A stretch of DNA of 64,000 nt, taken from an uncultured Halobacteriales archaeon (GTDB lineage Archaea > Thermoplasmatota > E2 > JACPAO01 > JAHFTW01). The notes beneath the pieces were generated by a model that was not told where the DNA came from, did not search any database, and saw only the letters and a list, made by a program, of their open reading frames with translations. The position numbers and the translations under genes were made by a program. Shown here piece by piece: positions 49,001 to 56,000 of this stretch (positions are counted from its first letter, which is position 1; the number at the start of each line of letters is the position of its first letter). The stretch covers positions 24,941 to 88,940 of the forward strand of contig CAZXUC010000002.1 of the NCBI GenBank assembly GCA_964643795.1. Direction: 5' to 3'.

Positions 49001-50014
49001 CTGTGCCACGGCAGGCCCATCCGGGCCGTCCGAGACCGTGACCACGAGCTCTTCGGAATCCGCCATGGCATCGATGAATGAATCGCCGACGGAGACCTCT
49101 GCGTGGGGGCCGCCCGGCCGCAAGACAACCCCGACGGTGGTGCCGTCGTCCGTGGCAGTACGGCCACTCACTTGGCGCTCGCCGATGCGCAGGGCGCCCG
49201 CCTCGGGCTCAAGGGCAATCCATTCGGACCATCCCCGGTGCGGATCCAGGTAGGCGGCCTCGACGCGGCCCCCGTCCCGAAGCATCCCGTCGAAACCGTA
49301 GGCGTGGCGCAGCCGCAGCGCCGCCGCGGCTTCCTGCACATGCGTGCGGGTGTCCAAACGGCGGTCTTCATCCAGGATGCCCTCAGCGACCAACGCCTCT
49401 TCCACGGTTTCCCTAAGGACGGTGGGGCGGTCTTCGACTACTATTAGGGTACGGGACTCTGCATCGAGTGGGCCGGAACGGGTCAGGACCATGCCCGCCT
49501 CCGCTTCGACGTTGCTCACGTCCCGCAAATCGATGATGGGGGACACGAGTTCGGCCACTGCGCCGGCCGGATAGCCCGGGTCTGTTGAACCATCACCAAA
49601 CCGCAGGGCGGGCATGCCCTCGGCCTGATGGTTCCAGGCACCGTTCCCCCGTTCGGCCTCGGTGCCCCAACGGTACCACTCGTGGCGCCACTGCTCGGCA
49701 CCCTGCCCCGGGGCAGGAATCGCACCGCCGTAGTAGCCCTCGAGGCCCATGTCGGCGTAGTGGGCGGCCGTCTCGGGCCGCATATCGTCGGCGAACAGGA
49801 GAAGCGGGCCTCCGCCCTCCGCGAGCCGATCCGCGTCACCGGTACGCATGGACCAGGGCGGGGACACCGGCGACCCGAAGGACGTGGCACCACCCGCCGA
49901 AAGGGAATCGCGCGTGGACCCGGGCTGGAAGTCGAGGCCCATGGTGACGTCGGAGAAGACGACGGCCACGAGGGCGATCAGCAGGGCGGTCCGGCGCAGA
50001 GTGTCGTCCTTCAT
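37082..50014 (-). CDS. Giant (4310 aa) secreted protein with numerous CARDB-like/Ig-like modules and C-terminal TM+Arg anchor
   Basis: ATG 50014 overlaps the upstream TGA (ATGA). Signal anchor MKDDTLRRTALLIALVAVVFSDV. The ORF is uninterrupted. CARDB-like signatures include VTVRNEGNIDERDVRLSA, LSVANRGTEAADDVTVNL, IEVLNHGTQTDQVFVEL, VPITNRGRLDVDQPVLV, ATVRNHGNAPALGPSLE, FNVTNTGTAPGTP and VTVENPSDQAVQAEVLV. The tail is LPIPATGATAWLALAFAAILLARRRSP. Confidence 0.85.
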   Translation of the reverse strand: MKDDTLRRTALLIALVAVVFSDVTMGLDFQPGSTRDSLSAGGATSFGSPVSPPWSMRTGDADRLAEGGGPLLLFADDMRPETAAHYADMGLEGYYGGAIPAPGQGAEQWRHEWYRWGTEAERGNGAWNHQAEGMPALRFGDGSTDPGYPAGAVAELVSPIIDLRDVSNVEAEAGMVLTRSGPLDAESRTLIVVEDRPTVLRETVEEALVAEGILDEDRRLDTRTHVQEAAAALRLRHAYGFDGMLRDGGRVEAAYLDPHRGWSEWIALEPEAGALRIGERQVSGRTATDDGTTVGVVLRPGGPHAEVSVGDSFIDAMADSEELVVTVSDGPDGPAVAQTGREVQEPHRYQGIIEASQFDVGRGPWAGFGGDSGGLVESVFNLTAFAGHIVRLRFVTASAESAIPGADTHPGLGWLLAGLEVHGLGTPGMQILGLATPGDSAVVAPDRDFQPAVALHNTFQEPLSTRLHLGVDESAATTSSATVAGVGPLARVILSPNPSFHDLVGSTPAPGRYAIDAWIQAQQEIPTDSVQGTMVEPFSTQSQERFHVLVGTGSGWEVTGVEFKPEGESLRPFFVERGQPGHVYVTLRNLAAVPQELELTGDEAALHPLLLDETLKPEGTLTPDQDEVTLEVSRDISGTLGVPGAETTISYRWGGSLNGGVLRLAVEDAAGDVLAEGDRVLVDAALPPMISEDFGNLWEFHGPDCGRVTEFEGMLGVLRCGLTAEAPPSGEQGGEDPDEGGGLPVGSSGSQAAVGEDGILSLNAPTSVLYLRPFEGPVEDVRAVCEQGAQDETVAGLVGDLSDDCEDLPRLAGDRPTVAASVVENNVLHPDFTQERAQPAVLSLYSTSSTPRFESPPLQPGSRIGDGDPDTVDAVRVVLFVQLGLLPDRDAEEGNTTMRDLNAAAQGTLAPSFKIGFLRGSTTPGATLIPLDRTTAVQKVEVDVPFPPCPSNCPFGQTNADGDIEFKDSQRLYMELSGFGSGLIYVYLDHLDYLSRIEVPVSAGDLAALSGFRAEPAAGHAPLKVTFLGELEAGERELESVFFDPGDGSLKRNLIADGLLDSATGGSINLTHTYFRAGSFQPRLDIQEREGVFLGQTLSVVVERSYGVAVSPVVRARLTDLKDLPGTAATADTQLELIHRGGEGVLRMRALPVGESTDPPARGQNNWTILHEVEYPESDEWVRTAFTLPIERNKSQWIVFDLESGEKGTRGDEWSVAEIRWKAGDVTLGGSDFQVELRPDDGDLTASGSTGLAHLAWRAPGLDAVLQGKTPGLDAVLQLPGPIPLDGVRPTLEFRHWIDTGDRGVALVEVAPAGPIPAPADVGVGAPPLPPGTDPVWQVAAAFHGSFTDNALRPVRIDLSPFLAWEDIHVRFRYQEVLLPTANDGREVAQGPNQAGVVVGRGWFVEEVVVHEVQAAGQTTLHQAGPGFNDYRRANVAVAQDFAGVPLGAKIAGGRLHIDFLPGGESWQFAASHQRNTYRVGPVAVTDPIDLRSTFDPVLSIEHEFLHKIPFDKNNLNDDTKTVSAIENHRRQNVIDLEFQVMRPDGSWPSQWIRATPNHPQNFSASSHYDVDPRTGQPGINGPGGFPPATPFMDHDLPWYVSTEGPPGRSRALQTEFNIGEDNRIAGNIVRFRAHLWQEYDIKWGPKTGVLPDWDILSFDVRERRHFSDVAVKSLAFDAQDRDRIGLLAPDAPGLLGLGSAALLSNDQAAILRVQISNEGIVRQDVRVRLTRESTHDGADATAVLPGIFLAVDGNRLIPAPPNDPGIVRGLAPGEVRDALFRIDASAAPPGRYRFTVDVEPLTARDTNPANDLGEIVAMITPFRAITLDASRSAVSPFVATDDAQRRVQVTVRNEGNIDERDVRLSARLVELRGVPGLDGSLEEVEESPTLTELNIVVGRRTGEHEFVRVFDTEGLGLEAGKRYAILVQYDLGGSSVVPWWEGDNVPGLFEGVRPEEVGNGGLGLNQILDVSRDLGLCECLLLPFRVEESLFSQSHSASDASQFPDAFPADAPWTPRTAWNGEPVDADDPLGLPQWQQVAAGDVQGVAGIPASGQVWQLPAYQGVDDLEHTLESPVLPAHVVKATSRAFLDMRYASDLVDGQAVLEVRDMERTAEGTWQAARGVGGQWRPVDEARTQRVAVIIPPDYPQVIANNVTDSYGRPTGRTPSIPCYYDDGDQGNFNAQELAYLAKGTHLTRDDVRIANPIQGTSSGSLVTGGIEIGRLCKPFKGGLAFHDANGDGVFSPGETLYIDSDGSGTFTVGDIRLTGQSAGTVVTSTAGTGNPALRPARGMLRFDDAQDTGVFGPGDTLYYVDVEGTGLGRDVVSPGDVRLTAASAPSMPSFGSIVAASDGDVGRLLAAVVPPPPFYQQVPGQPDRWLAQDCKRDEGSPGQFCHWSPFPDFPAAGNAEWHAALNDTLRDLVARVGSENVGLFTTVTPDLRIGHQETATGAVYEVPRPGAEPLQFPIRTLDDLYLNLTDYGAIALLGDGLSRTFADQSSSLVRMAHGDDAADQERDPVYEEHFLRVFAILREAGDAGVSVIAAIGPAPATVAASGAAPPGLPMTVWQQPRIPADLDTDQVSLRFDFIGMVRVRCSAIDLSGTASGEAKHRTVMTTSERDRQTKIFCKHGGVLSPQGITIDGNQLRNYYFYASEDAQSLALRDFLIRNGIDFSHSLLSGEPGARPCLEHGARIYTPPSPPPPCIVPSPVMSSAHGSTTFITAPYASDTAEWVSAIVGNLTATGALPAGSGSWQHLPARLAAPFGGILDRDEAGNELFRGEPVQFRVRIQSDPVLGGHGSFAVDRIELLGTPNQHDVGVRFVEPRNEALYAPGSSFATLLSVANRGTEAADDVTVNLNIRQVGFCDGLAGSPSGQCTPLLSNCPGSQGRTTPLNVGTLLPGEVRAIRSTDLCRIGSLGRFPDKGSHPADADPPSQWAFQADLDLHPGFGDADATNDLHRVVALGRKVVDTPVTTVRLEPNAAPDAGAVGTVRAHIEVLNHGTQTDQVFVELTLHPVRLDGCRSPPPTRLILACYPPDHASEGERPNLPLVRAETLITVPRDGRATGRVDLPIAAAGIPPGTYRVQIAASAGAAIQAAPGPQWLHLVDPSVAPDQAKPFHAADLSPLAGGNVGLPAQTPENQEDPVFVTGGFSTDANGGACQPDGTTQADGQALVHGWWVTDQQGHSCGAPRDYLAMQWMRDARPTFDVASPPFYGANITTAEEQGHGDFGPDILYWHPSDERTNDVRSNEPVFTLATLQEPVLRLDARYHLTSGTAVAVEAQPALRECTGGDSASTRACSWTWPDEGNWFTLNGDVTRNALLNMAQTTLIKQDTQNPLIVTYSRVTNTNPLAGTHGIWGGDSLSGGGDGWRVIEYDLRAFQDWCDGLVTPAGMFPSTKFAPITEGCRFTNSNGDHRGSNIPVPIRFRIQAASYGGDAGINFFEVRELAITSHHVHFAGANVRSPIILDQPTAATATRLPLRIENTGPLHETLRITIQDAPGTTLFPGIDLQLGPTSAGPFDDELVVEVPAHSATVVWVRAHVAIELAESFAPGRDHPMPFLVRAESVLGDPTLRPEVFFDAKMRTRNWADLDAACFFLAEDDRCASVFPAQREVPVPVTVPITNRGRLDVDQPVLVRLYEEEISLDPATGDPTVLQRRVARDAAGAPSEAIIDAGIKSGRKQTELVDLEWNPPELGLYRLVAEVNLPHQGDPMDPIPETRLDNNVQSRFVSVGRVSLSDLHIEDARLVEFGTNKTVDRAVEGHNYRVVATVRNHGNAPALGPSLEFRVGSSSPFSFWNAAVFPGDGAVMEVQSSVWTAVGRQDGTPLRFLIGVTTQSPSASVDGKDLEFVMPVDRYGWRAEGQEREILLLPGTRSVVSFNVTNTGTAPGTPVVTSSHEGLQADLLAAPPVDPGKTARIDVALTTRPGLETDGDSIALTLFAREDRLRPIRLPADLVVLDLGTPQAHAFPLQAPPGQAVVNVVLDNPANIATRWTLHEASAPFSTIEKDQQLQVPAFGRVMENLTLRIDPHAAPGLHEATLQLLVGLQNTTAQVVVLVNATVHVLPKPLLEGSVGEPAAVRHGEPARVVIDLFNAGNVPLEARLNHTIDRGQMQVPEEGPFRIAPGQNRTVEVEVTEGKSTRVLGRTTVEWNGTNNPARTIDLPWQATFLGNSVRIVETDLDALKVTAGAIHRVRVTVENPSDQAVQAEVLVVVDGLLHDRTVLELAPRDTALAILPFQAGPVDQPQTVMVLVRPVDSTVGIADPAFYEVGDAVLREATPKDGDRRLPIPATGATAWLALAFAAILLARRRSP

Positions 50015-53000
50015 GGTCTCATTCTCCTGGTGAGGAATGCGATGGCGATGGCGGCAAGGACGACCAGCGTCGGCACGCCGGGGATGCCGCGGTCGCCTCC
50101 ACGCTCCAGCATCGCGTCGTCATGGCCTGCCAAGCCCACGGCCAGGACGGTCGGACCGGGCAGGGTCTTGGTGGTGACGATGGCGTCCCCCAGTTCCACC
50201 ACGAAGCGATACGTGTAAGGGTCCTCGAAGGGCGTCGGGGACAAGGTGACGGTCGCGACGTAGAGTCGCCCCAAGTCCCCAAGCCGGGGGCCGTCCGGGG
50301 TGGCGGCGTGGCGTTGGCCGTTGACCTCAAGCCACACGGCGGACGGTTCGCCATACACGACGGCGGAGAACGCGAAGGGGTCCGTGCTGCGGCCCTGGCG
50401 CGGCTGCACGTCGGGGTCGCGCACCACCAGGCCTTGCGGTGCCGCGCCCTCCGCGCCATCGGTGACCGCGGCAGCAGGCGCGTCCTCCGGGCGGGGGATG
50501 GCGGGCGATGCGACGGGGGCCGCCAGGTTGCCGACGCGGTCGCGCAGTTGCACGAGGGTGTGCGTGCCATTAGTGTGGGCGGTGGGGATGGCGAACGTGC
50601 CGATGCCGCCGGTCGTCGCCCAGGGGGACCAGGAGTCCGGTGTGTGTGGGGACGCGAAGCGCACCGCGTCGACGCCCACGGGGTTTCCGCTGCCGTTCAA
50701 CCGGTCGACGGCGACCAGATGGAGGACGGGGTCGCCCTCGGTCGGGGCGCCGGCCCAGCGCATGCCCAGGACTTCTGGCGGGGTCCGGTCCAGCACCATG
50801 GAGAGCGTGGCTGTGGCGACGTTGCCAGCCAAGTCGCGGACCTCCACGTCGATCCAGTGCTGCCCCTCCGGCGCGCCGGAAGGGACCATCGCCTCGGTGG
50901 GGGCGTCCGCAAGCCAGGGAGACCACGGTCCCTCTGCGACGCGCATCCGGTAGGATTCCACGCCGGATGCCGGGTCCTGCGCGGTGACGAGGAGGGGGAC
51001 GCTGTCGTCGCGGGTGGCCGCGGGTTCGGTCGCGACGGCCGCGTCCACGGCGGGTGGGGTGCGGTCCACGCGGACCAAGAGGTCACGGGCCTCCTCGTTG
51101 GAGGGTGTCGCCCCGTCGCGGGCCGTGAATGCGACCTCGTGAACGCCGTCGCTGGACAGGGTGACGCGGTCTCCAGGTTGGCTGGCCGACTGGTCCCCAT
51201 GCCGAACCGCAAGGGTCACGGGGTTCGTGGCATCCTCTGCGGTCGCGCGGACGACCACCGTGCCGTTGTGCCAGCCATTGCGGGCCGCCGGACCCTCGAT
51301 GTGGGTCTGCAACAGGGGTCGCGTGTTGTCGATCTGAAGCGAGAAAGGCAATTCCAAGACCCTGGAACCGTCGTCCAGGGTGAGAACCAAGTCAGCGGGG
51401 CCGTCGGGGAGGGACCGGGTGTCCAGTTCCAGCGTGAACGGCACCGGGCCCTCGCAGGGTTCCAGGGCCTTGTGCATCGCGGGCAGGGCGACCCCGCCGC
51501 TCACAAGCAGCGTCACCGTGGCGGGCACGGCGGCGGGGCAATCTGCGATGGCGTGGACCGCCACGGGTCCGCTGACGGCATGGGTGGGGACGGCGAGCCC
51601 GCCGAGGCTCGACTCCAGGAGGGGGAGGGTCCGGACGGATTCCTCCCGGGTGACGACCCAACCGGCAGCGTCCACCACTTCGAGGATCAAGAGGTACTCC
51701 GTGTCTTGGACCAGGTCAAGGAACGTCACCACGTGGGTCTGGGGGCCTCCCTGCACGACGCCGGGGACCGGGTCGCCGTCTCCCTGGAGGACGCCCTGAA
51801 GCTCCACGTCCCGGCTAGATTCCACGTGCACGGTAATCGACTGGGCGCGCACCTGGATGCCCGGCTCCACAACGGGAGGGTGGGGGTGGAAGGGAATTTC
51901 GCGGGCATCACCGGCGGCGTTGCCGGCGGCGTCGAGTGCCTCCAGCCGCACAACCACGGTGTTGGCCGTGCTGGCCGGTGCCGTGAGGGTGCCCTCGTAC
52001 TCGTCATTCGTGCCGGTCAGGGGGACGGAATCGGAGTCCTCGAAGGCTGCGGTGACCTGGTGCACGCCGGCAGCACCCACATCGGTCACGGCGGCCGAGA
52101 CCAACACCTCGTCGCCGGGCTTGATGGCTTGTTGGCCATCGGGCAACTGGACGGTGGCCTGGAGGAAGACCGGTGCCTGCCGGTCCACCACGAACCGTGC
52201 CCCGGGGTAGGTGGCCAACTGGTTGCCAACGTAATCGCGGGCGAACACCTCGACGAAATACTCCCCCTCCGGAGGCGCGGCAGTGGCGTCCCACACCCAG
52301 TGGGTCTCGAGCCCATCCGGCCCAGCCCCCCAAGCAACGAGGTTGAGGGGCGCAACATCGTTGGGGGCCCGCAGGCGGACACTCAGTGTTTCCACATCGA
52401 TGCCGGCGCCGGGGCATTGGGTCGGGCACTCGCTGGGATTCTGGAGTGAATCGTCCAGGTCCATGGTGATTGCGATGGGGAAGGAATCCTGGTTCGTGGC
52501 AGCGCCGAGGACGCCTGAGACATCCGTGACGCGGGGTGCCTCGCCGTCAACGTGGACCGTGGCCAGTTCCTGCCAGTCGGACCACGCGGCCGTGCCCCCG
52601 TCAAGCCAACCCACTCGCCCCTGGACGTGGAGGATGCCGCTGAACGTGGCCTCCGGGCGCACATCCAACTTCCACTCCGTCAATCGGGCCCCTGGTTCGG
52701 CGACCTGGGCTGACAGAATGGCGTGCTGCGAACCGTCCCTGACCAGCTTGACCTCCCCGCCTTGGCCGTCGCGCAGCCGCAACTGCACGTCTTCGACTCC
52801 GGCGGGGCTGATCACAGTGCCCGCTGCGGGCAGGAGTGAGTTCGCAGGAACGTACATGCCACCGGAAAGCGCCACGACGCCCTTGATGGATGACAAGCCC
52901 ACATTGTTCTCAAGCACGACGACATCGGTCTGTGCCAGTTCCTGCCACTCGCCCACTGGACCATCGGGCCATTGGGTGCGGGCCCACAAGGTGTGCGCTC

Positions 53001-56000
53001 CGGCCACGCCGGCCGAGAACTCCCAGGTCGCCTGGGCGGTTGCACCAGCGTTTCCAGGCGTGGGGGCCCACAATGAGATTGGGGGCGCGGCGAAGCCCCC
53101 GTTGGGGTGGCCGCCGGGGGTGGGGGTGGTGGGGGTGAACGCATATTGGACGAGGGGTGGAGTGCGTGCCGCGAGGGGCTCGTGGGAAGTGAACAGGAAG
53201 GTCAGCTCGCCTGCCGCCGGGTCCGGCAATCCGGAGACTTCGAGGCTGGGGGGCCGCGCCAGGTCCGCCTGCACCATCTCCATGCTCCAGCCGCCAGGGC
53301 TGTTGGTGGCACGGGCGTACACGAACAGTTGCAAGCAGCCGGCCGGGTGCAGGGGCCCGTCGTCGAGGACTTCGTCCAAATCCAATGTGAGGGTCGCCTG
53401 CTGCCCCGCCGCAAGCATCCCGGAATCCACCCAGGTCGGGGGGGAGATTGGCTCCGCCAGACACTCGGACCCATCCCGCATTGTGGTGGTGGCGAAGACC
53501 ACGTACGTCACGTCCTGCAGAACCTCTTCGTTGCTGAGGGTGGCCTGCCAGTCGCCTCCAACCAACTGCCCGCTGGTTGCAGTGAGCTCGATGGAGGGGC
53601 CAAGCGATGCCGGAACCTCCTGCGGGGACCCGCAAAGGGCATCATCGTCGCACGCGGCGTCCTGATCATCGGGTCCAATCCAGATCGCCTGGGGGGTCTG
53701 CACTCCCTCGGGGCCTCCGGCCGAAGGCGGCGCGGAGCCGTGGGACTGCCCGCGTTCCCCCAACCGGAGTGCAGCGGGGCCACCGAGAACAAGGGCGGCG
53801 ATGGCGTCCTCGCTGTAGGCTTGGGAGTTGTCCGACGCCAACAGCAGACCCGCGCCGTCCCGATCGACAAGCATTCCGCGGCCGCTTCCCTGGGCGGCGC
53901 CTTGCAACCACCCGTTGCCATGGTAGGTGGCCGCACCGTCCAGGCGCAGGTGGAGGCCGAGGGAGGGGCCGAAGCGGGGGCCGGTATCGATGAATGCGCC
54001 AAGGGCGGAAATGTTGGGCATGCAGGGACGGGTTCCTGTTCCACCGTCCTCGTGGAGGCAGGGTTCTTGACTGATGTCGCGCAGGGGGTCGAACCCTGCC
54101 CCATTGCCCTCATTGCCCCGTTCCAGACCTGCCAGGCACCACGGGTAGGGCGGGTCAGCCCCACTTTCCGTGTCCATCCAGGCGATGAGCTGGCCCCGGT
54201 GCTCATCCACGGAGGGGCAATCCGCCGTGCGCGGCGCGTATTCCATCGATTCCAACCGCTCATGCGCTCCGTACCCCTGAGCTTGGTTGCCGGCGTGGAA
54301 CATGTCCGTGCCGCCGCTCGTGATGTGGAGGCCCACCGCGTCGATGGCGGCCCCCTGAACAAGGTCGGGGGCCCCGCCGGCCAGCGGGGCCCGTTTGGGG
54401 CTCAGCGAGTCGGGGCGCTCAAGCCACGCGTCCCGGGCGTCTGGCAAGCCGGACACGATGTCCGGGTGGGTGCTGGCGACGGGGTTGTAGCGGTCGTCGC
54501 CCCCGAGGTCCACGAGGACGCCGACGCCGAGCCGGGTGGCTGCGCCCTGGGCGTGGCCCGGGGCCACGTACAGGTCGTCGCCGGTGAGGTCCATGAGGAC
54601 TGCGGCGGTGCCGAAGTCTCCGTAGCCCTGCGTCCTCTGATTGAGGGAGAGGTAGTCGTCGTCGCCTAGGAAATCAACGACGATGGAGGGTCGCCCCGAG
54701 GGGCTGGGGCCCGCGATGGCGCCCGTGTACCTGTCGTTCCCGGCCGCGTCCACGATGCCCAGATAGGGACTGCCACTGTACCAAGTGCGCACGCCGAGGG
54801 GGTCAAGGGCGAGCCAGAGCACTGGTTCGTCCTCGGAGCGCAGGTCGAAGGCGCGTTCCACGCTGATGTCCGCCACATGGAAGGGGTCCGTTGGGAGGTT
54901 GCTGATGCCTTCGACGGTGGCGTTGATTTGGTACTCCCCCGGGTTGAGCCAAATATGGCTCTTCTCCCATTGCAGGGGCCAACCGCCGGAGACGTCATTG
55001 CAGGTGAAGGAACCGTCGTCCCAGTCGACGCACAAGCTGGCTGTCTCCCCCGCCGGGACCATCAAGGGTTCGTAGAGCCCCGCATTGTTCAGTCGCTGCA
55101 CGGCAACGGTGAACGGGTACTCTTCGCCGGCAGCAGCCAGGCTGGCGTGGCGGACCTGGCCGCGGGGATTGATGGTCGCCGTCATGATGAATGGGGGGAG
55201 GTCCAAGTCCCCGTCAATTGCGTCCGGGTCGGGTTGGATGTCCACCGTGAACGTGGTCGCGTTGAAGCCGCCGAACCGGTCCAGGACGCGGTACTCCACT
55301 TCCCGTTGTGCGGCGAAATCCCACTGCCCAATGGCGCCGGGCCCGAGGGCCCGGACGTGGTGGAAGACGACGTGGTCTGTGCGGATGGGCGGTTCTTCTT
55401 CTTCGTCCAGGTCGGGGCGCGGGTCGAAGCCGTGCGGGAGCACCTGGCGCACCACCAGGCCCCGCACATCCGGGAAGTCCGGCAGATTGACGACCAAGAT
55501 ATCGGGGTCGTTGGCGCTGGTGCTGGCGACTTGGAGTGTCCCGACGGGTTCCAGTGCGCCGCCCGGGCGCAGCATGGAGAGTTCGAACTGGGTCGTCGCG
55601 GCCCCCGTGGGGCGGTGAGCCGCCACCTCCAACTGGCGGACCTGCCGGGGTCCAGCGAAGTCCACGACCACCTGGATGGGGTCGTGAAGGAACTGGGACG
55701 TGTAGTGGAGGGCGAGGTGGGTCGCCGGTTCGCCGTCCAACAGGTTGCCCGGTTCGTGGAGCAGTTCCTTCTGGACGCCGCCGAGGCTGGAACCGATGGA
55801 AAGGGGCAGGGACGCGCGGCCACCGGAGGAGAGTGCTGCCCAGTCCACGGCGGTGGCGTTCCACGCGCGCAGGTCGTCGGGGGACCCGAACAGGATGACT
55901 GGGTCCAGGAGATCGTCGGCTGGTTCAAAAGGGACCTGGAAGGCGGCTGGTTGGCCCACCATGGGCGCCAGGTTCCCCCGGAGGTCACCGATGCGCGGGG

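Noticed and set aside
50122-54669. Plus-strand ORFs 50122..52449 (775 aa), 52283..53665 (460 aa) and 53107..54669 (520 aa)
   Set aside because: These are shadow ORFs antisense to the 3280-aa gene, low-complexity and without recognisable motifs.
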